A stretch of DNA of 63,983 nucleotides, the filler included. It is 12 parts of 12 records of this genome, joined end to end, with 100 filler letters (N's around TTAATTAATTAA, not from the genome) between each part and the next. Parts side by side here need not be neighbours in the genome. Positions count along the whole stretch, not along the records: positions 54,764 to 59,975 come from SRR7504441_10542; positions 60,076 to 63,983 come from SRR7504441_10544; 10 more parts are not named here. The stretch is one strand, 5' to 3'. Made by a program: the position numbers and the translations under genes. The notes below the pieces were generated by a model that saw nothing but the letters and a program-made list of their open reading frames with translations, was not told where the DNA came from and did no database searches. Shown in pieces: positions 58,175-63,983 of the stretch. Position 1 is the stretch's first letter. The number at the start of each line of letters is the position of its first letter.

Positions 58175-59632
58175 ATGGTGTGGCGCGCTCGTCGGCTGTC
58201 CGCTGAGCCGGGGCTGCAGGCGTTCGTCAAGCTCGTGAAGACCAAGGCCTATTTCAAGCGGTTTCAGACCAAGTACCGCCGCCGCCGCGAGGGCAAGACC
58301 GACTACTATGCCCGCAAGCGCCTGGTCGCCCAGGTGAACAGACCCTCACCGCCCGGGCTCGGCGCCGCCTGTCCCCTGTCCCTGTGCTCACCCTAGCGCG
58401 AACGCGCCTGGGCATGTGTGCTGCTGTCGGGCGTCCATCTGTGACGCCCGCTGCCCTGGCCCGGCCCTGCCCCTCCCCCGCACCGGGTAGTGGCTGACCT
58501 CTCGGGCGCTGTCAGGACAAGAACAAGTACAACTCCCCCAAGTACCGTTTCGTGGTGCGGTTCACCAAGAAGGACATTATCTGCCAAGTCATGTCCTCCA
58601 AGATTGAGGGCGACGTGTGCCACACCGCCGCCTACGCCCACGAGCTCCCGCGCTACGGGCTTCCGTAAGCTCCCCCCACCCACCGGCTGCCTGGGTGATA
58701 ACTGAATGGTCCCACTGCGCGCACGGGCTGCGCTGGCCTGACAGCCCGTGAGGCTCAGCAAACAGACCTGCGCCCCTCCCCTAGCTGTCGACAGGCCCAC
58801 TGTGTTCAGAGGCTGCTTGCGACGGCCCTGTCGTGTGTCACTCCCTCCCGCGCGGACCCTCCCTGCCCGGCTGAGCGATACCGAGGCCTGACCGTGGGTG
58901 CTTGGCAGGGTTGGTCTGACCAACTACGCTGCTGCCTACTGCACTGGGCTGCTGTGTGCCCGCCGGCTGCTCCAGAAGTACAAGCTGGACTCCAAGTTCC
59001 CCGGCACCGAGGAGGCTGACGGTGAGTTCGATGAGTGCTACGTGCACAACGAGGAGGACGGCGAGGACGGCCCGGCCGCCTTCCATGCGCTGATGGATGT
59101 TGGCCTCAAGCCGACCACTCTCGGATCTAAGCTGTTCGCTGCCCTCAAGGGAGCGTTCGATGGTGGGCTCGAGATCCCGCACTCAGAGAAGAAGTTCTTC
59201 GGCTACGATCCGGATGGCAAGGAGTACGACGCCGGGAAGAACCGTGACCGTATCTTTGGAGGGCACGTGCGTGACTACATGGAGTCCATGGAGGCCGACG
59301 ATCCCGACAAGTACGCCGTGCACTTCTCCAAGTTCATTGAGGCCGGTATCTCGGCTGATGACCTGGAGGACCTGTACACCAAGGTGCACGCCGCCATCCG
59401 CGAGAACCCGGCCGCTGTCATCTCGGAGAAGAAGAAGCCAGAGATGACTGCTGACCTGCTCGCTCTCCGCAAGGACGTTGTGTACACCGACGAGGACGGC
59501 AACACCAAGTACGTCTGCCGCAACAAGCGGTCCAAGGCTCAGCGGGATGACCGCGTCAAGCAGAAGAAGGCGCACGTGCTGGCCCAGGCTGCCGACGAGG
59601 ATGACGACGAGGAGGAGGAGGACGAGGAATAA
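58175..59632 (+). CDS. RPL5: 60S ribosomal protein L5 (uL18)
   Basis: [72 protein letters not shown] and DGGLEIPHS. Introns at 58178-58219, 58334-58515 and 58665-58908. Confidence 0.98.
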
Positions 59633-59902
59633 GCTCGCCTTTGCTTGCTCTGACGCACTGCCATGAGAAGATTATATAGCCTCCTTCAATTAAATCTCGT
59701 TGGATGGCCAATTACGCAACGCTACCCATTCGGTTTAGTCCTGCTTATAGATAGGCTAGTAGGTTGAGGATTGGTTGGGGGGATCCCTCATAATTACGGT
59801 ACCTCAATCGCGTACGTACCAACGGATGAAACGGAAGGTTGTAACGCCACCCGGCACCCGCGGATCTCGACGCAAAGGTGGGTCCTCCTCCGGCTAAGCC
59901 CT

Positions 59903-59975
59903 CGGCGAGGGCTGACCCCCTCGGAGTAGCCCGGCGAGGGCATCCAGGGCCGACCCCCTTGGAGTAGCCCCCGAG
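59903..59975. repeat. Imperfect direct repeat at contig end
   Basis: ggcgagggc and gacccccttggagtagccc-like units each occur twice immediately before the contig break. Confidence 0.5.
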
Positions 59976-60075
59976 NNNNNNNNNNNNNNNNNNNNNNNNN
60001 NNNNNNNNNNNNNNNNNNNTTAATTAATTAANNNNNNNNNNNNNNNNNNNNNNNNNNNNNNNNNNNNNNNNNNNN
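59976..60075. other. Artificial contig linker
   Basis: N run with TTAATTAATTAA. Confidence 0.98.
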
Positions 60076-62697
60076 TCATTGGTCCCGTCGCCACACATCA
60101 GCGTGCTTCGGCCTCCAGCCCGCAGAGCATTCACTATCTCCTCCTTCTGTTTGGGCGTGGTCCTTGCAAATACCTAGACACACACTGTGATTATAAGGCT
60201 AATTTGGTATGCACCTTGATGTGAGGAGCCCAGAGCTCGAGTTTACCTATTCTCTGGAGCTCTGCCACCCCGTCGCCCCCGACACACAATTCGGCATTCT
60301 TGCCCAATCCCCGAACCTGACTTTGGTTGGCCCCAACAAAAGGTTTGTCCGTCCACTCGCCAGTGGCAGACACCCAGCCCCACTCCGCCAGTTTGGGTTC
60401 AGACGACTGTTCTGGCCAGCGACACGCCAGGTTGAGGATATTGTCTGCATGCTCCACAATCCCAGTGTTACACGCAACGGCCCCAGCAGTCAATAGGTGA
60501 TCACCTACACACCTCAAGCGTCAATCCAAACCCAGCTCGGGCCTGACCAGTGATCATGACAACGTCGTGCGACGAGTCCCGCAGCCCAGACACAGTCTCT
60601 TTCGAGTCTTTCTTGACTGGGCAGTCAAACGTGGCAAACCCAATGAACTCGAGCTCAGCCTCAGCCTCAGCAGCTGCCCGCGTGACGGTCTTGAGGTCGG
60701 ATACCCGATCCACTGAGACCTGTTTAGACCCCACAGCAAGCACTCGCAGCCCTGCTCGTGCCAGCTGCTGGTGCGCTGTGTCGTAACTGCTTGGCACCGA
60801 CACAAACAGAGGCCGCATGGCCTCTGGTGCGCCTTTGGCTAAGACCATATAGCCGCCACTCGATAGACTGACCACAGTAGACATGCGCTTCCGAGTTGAA
60901 TCGAATTGGTGCCTCTTGTGTATCTCTATGCGCACCGAAGGCCCAAAGCAACTCGAGAGCTGACTCCCTCCCCCACCGAGCTGCCAGCCAAGCGCCTGCA
61001 GCGCCGCCCGCTCCATTGCGTCACCCACAGGCTCGTGGTCGATAAGCACCAGCGCCGAGCACCCCGCAAGCCCGCAGCTGGCCTGCACCTCCGATCAGAG
61101 CGGGCACGTGAGCCCGGCACCTTTGAGGACAGCTGGTGCGGCGGAGTGATATTCGGGCCATGCAGCTCGAGCTCCTCGGCCAGGGCCATCCCGCGCATGG
61201 TGAGGAAGTCGCTGGTGAGAGTGCCAGTCTTGTCAAAGCAGCACGTATCAATCTGTCCACAGTGACTGGCCTGCCCAGGCAAGAGCAGGCACCTTCCCAG
61301 CGAGCGGGATCCTAAACGGCTCCGTGCAGGCCACCCGCATCCGCTGCAGCGCCGCGAGCGAGTTGTTGACGGCCAGCGAGAGCTCCATGGGCAGCTCCGG
61401 CGGCACCACAGAGGTGACGATCATGATACAGTTGAGTACGAGCTTGTACCGGGATCGATCCTGTTCGAGCCCGCGCTGCAATACGTGCCAGGCAGCCACC
61501 ACCGCAAAGCAGAGCAGGCAGCCAATGAACAGGAAGGCCTCCGTGGAAGAGGCCGAGAGCGCCTCCCGTCCGAAGAGGATCAAGCGCATCAGCTGTCCCT
61601 GCTGGGTGGCAAACCCAGTGTTGGTGACCACACAGAGCACGCCGGACAGCTTGGGCTTGGCATCCTCGTCCCGTGTGGCCACCATAATCTTGGACCCGCC
61701 GTACACCCGGTGCCGTTGCGGCAGATCGTCCAGCGGCTGCTCAAGCCCCCAGATGGGCTCCCGCTGTTGAGGAAGTGTCTCCCCAGTCAGCAGTGACTCG
61801 TTGGCAATACACGAGCCGCGGAGCAGCACCATATCAGCCGGGCAGGTCTCATCCGGCCCGCTCCGGCCGATGCAGCACACATCACCGGGGACGAGCTCCG
61901 TCGACACAAGCTTGACCCATTTCTTATTCCGGAGCACGCTGATAGGGGTCGGCTTCGCGATCATTCCTCGGAGCTCTTGCAGGCTCCGCAGCCGCGAGTA
62001 GACCACGGTGCACTCGAACATGACCAGCATCACCGCGGTGAACACGGCGTAGTACCAGTACTCGTCGAGACACCACAGCACCACGCAGAACATCTGAAAC
62101 ACAAAGAACGGCGCAGTCGCGTGCTGTTTCATCAGCTTCCGGAAGCTAGGCACCGGCACGTCAAACTGATTCGGTCCAAACTCGGCCCGGAGCGCCTCCG
62201 CCTCGGCGTCGGTCAGTCCGTTGGCCATCTGCTTGTACTGCTCGGACGAGCGCTTGTCTGGGTAGGTCGGAGGTACGAAGCTGCCCGATTCGTCCCGCCA
62301 GACCAGCTTGACTTTCTGGTATTCGAACCAGCGGCCCGGCTGCTCCTCCACCGGGCAGATCGCCGCCGAGCTCCGCGGGTCGCTCGGCTGGGCCAGCACC
62401 GCCGTGGCCTCGCGCGGGCCGCTCGGGCGCAGGGTGAGCGCAGCGCAGCACCGGACGCTCCAGAACGTGCTGAGCAGCGCCAGCGCATGGATGAACCCGA
62501 CGACAGCCAGCGCGACCAGCCAGAGCTCCGGGTCCGACTGACTCCAGCAGGCGGCGGCCAGCGAGAGTTCGACAGCCGCCAGCGGCAACAGGTCCAGCCT
62601 GCGACCGAGCTCAGCCGGGCGGGCGGGCGGCGCACCGGGCCCAGGAGGCGCGCCGGGTGTAGAACTGCATCGAGCGCACCGCCGACTCCGCCTCCAT
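60076..62697 (-). CDS. P5A-type ATPase (ATP13A1/Spf1), 3' truncated, multi-exon
   Basis: [60 protein letters not shown] and MCGDGTN. Confidence 0.93.
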
Positions 62698-62808
62698 CGC
62701 ACCACGAGCAGCTGACGAGGCACCCGCGAACGCTCGACCAGGCACGACCAGCTGCCACACAGCGATCGAGTCGCCCGGCCGTTGCAGCGGGCACAAGGCA
62801 CCAGACAG

Positions 62809-63558
62809 ATGCTGCCCAGCGCGCGAGTGCAGCTGGGCCCGGGGCGGGGCTTCATGGTCGAGCGGTGCAACGAGACCCGCGAGAGCGGCGGGATGTGCAG
62901 CTGGCCGCAGCACCAGATCCGCGGCGGCGAGCCCGGATACCACGTTACGCACCATCCGCGCAGCTCTTTCGCCGGGGTGCGCGCCGGGGCCGGCCCGGTT
63001 GCCAACCGGTCGTACCGCTCGCACCCGGAGACCGGTGTCTGCTCGGCGACCGGGACTCTGCACTACCCGCCGAAGGGGGGCGAAGGCCCGGCCGGATGCC
63101 TGCCGATGCCCACCCACGGGAGCGACGCCACCTACTCGGTGGTGGGCGGGGCAGCGCTGCACTCGATGTGGAACCCAGTGGTCCGCCGGCCGGGCGAGCT
63201 GCACCATGCCCGGGTGGACAGCCACCACAAGTATGGCTTCCATGAGAGCTGGCGAATGAACGGTCACGCTGAGAGCCTGGTGTCCTTCGGGGGATGCCGC
63301 CGGTCGGGCGTCGGGTCGGTGGGGCCCGGCAACATGCCACCCGGCTGTAGAGTCACCAGCGCGGCCAGTCCAGACACCCCTGGGGCTGCGGGCGGTGCCC
63401 CGGCCTCGGCCACGGCTGTGTTTGTTGGCACGTCAGGCCCTTCTGGGTACCTGCACTATCCGCCAAGGGGCGACGGGCACCGTGGGGCGCTGCCCCGGCG
63501 GCACGGACAGAAGGCCGAGTTCGTGCCGGCGCATGTGGTCCAGTACAACCACGCTTGA
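62809..63558 (+). CDS. Hypothetical protein with internal LHYPP repeat
   Basis: ORF divergent from the P5A ATPase, containing TGTLHYPPKGGEG and SGYLHYPPRGDG. Confidence 0.45.
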   Translation: MLPSARVQLGPGRGFMVERCNETRESGGMCSWPQHQIRGGEPGYHVTHHPRSSFAGVRAGAGPVANRSYRSHPETGVCSATGTLHYPPKGGEGPAGCLPMPTHGSDATYSVVGGAALHSMWNPVVRRPGELHHARVDSHHKYGFHESWRMNGHAESLVSFGGCRRSGVGSVGPGNMPPGCRVTSAASPDTPGAAGGAPASATAVFVGTSGPSGYLHYPPRGDGHRGALPRRHGQKAEFVPAHVVQYNHA

Positions 63559-63983
63559 GTGGGGCTGGTGATGGTCGTTGAGTTGCCTGATGAGGCCTCA
63601 AGCATTGTCGTTGCACATCGGGGAGCCGAGATTTGACTAGCTCCTATACTCGAAGACGCATAATCAGCATAATTGATCATGACCTAAACCTATTAAACGT
63701 GCTACATATGATTAGAAACTGTCAAGTGGTTCACAATAAGTGGATGGATTGAGCCTGAGCTCGCAAGCCAGACTCTGCATACATCTCAGCCACCAGGCGG
63801 GGCCGACGAGGCCAGCTCCCGCTTAAGCTGGCTCATTGCAGCGTTATACCGCCGGAGCAGCCGTTGCACCTCCTCGTCCCTTTCGAACTCGGCCAGCGCC
63901 TTGGGCAGCATCTCTAGCGTCAGCCCGTAGCGCCGGCATATGAAACCGAGCACCTTGTTCTGCCAGGCGTCGTCGAAGCTGCG

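Noticed and set aside
7090-60075. Eleven identical TTAATTAATTAA palindromes within N runs, as a biological repeat or CRISPR-like array
   Set aside because: These are fixed 100-nt synthetic spacers with six-frame stops used to concatenate contigs.

Overview
This window is eukaryotic DNA, most likely from a GC-rich protist. It is 12 short contigs joined by eleven artificial 100-nt linkers (N44-TTAATTAATTAA-N44), so gene adjacency only means something within a contig. The genome is very compact, with head-to-head genes 70-110 bp apart. Introns are spliceosomal and tiny (mostly 36-45 nt), and GC-AG donors are frequent. Recognisable genes are a QRT3-like polygalacturonase, an importin-beta-like HEAT protein, a DegP protease, a DHX57/36-type helicase, a PPPDE peptidase, a tandem SGNH-like protein, GH43-like and GH32-like hydrolases, a vWA protein, a B-box/coiled-coil plus RasGAP gene, VPS11, an ABCD transporter, an LRR protein, DTWD1, an SfsA-like nuclease, a GT10 fucosyltransferase, a divergent biotin carboxylase, a CCCH-ankyrin protein, myosin, RPL5 and a P5A ATPase. 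The most striking signal is in the introns. Several micro-introns are near-identical copies of one another, and one pair has terminal inverted repeats. One element appears as an intron in both orientations. Several introns are flanked by target-site-like duplications of the upstream exon end, and one is a tandem twin intron. Together these suggest a recently active ~40-nt introner-like intron-gain process. All gene models were inferred by hand from reading-frame and motif continuity; no database searches were run.
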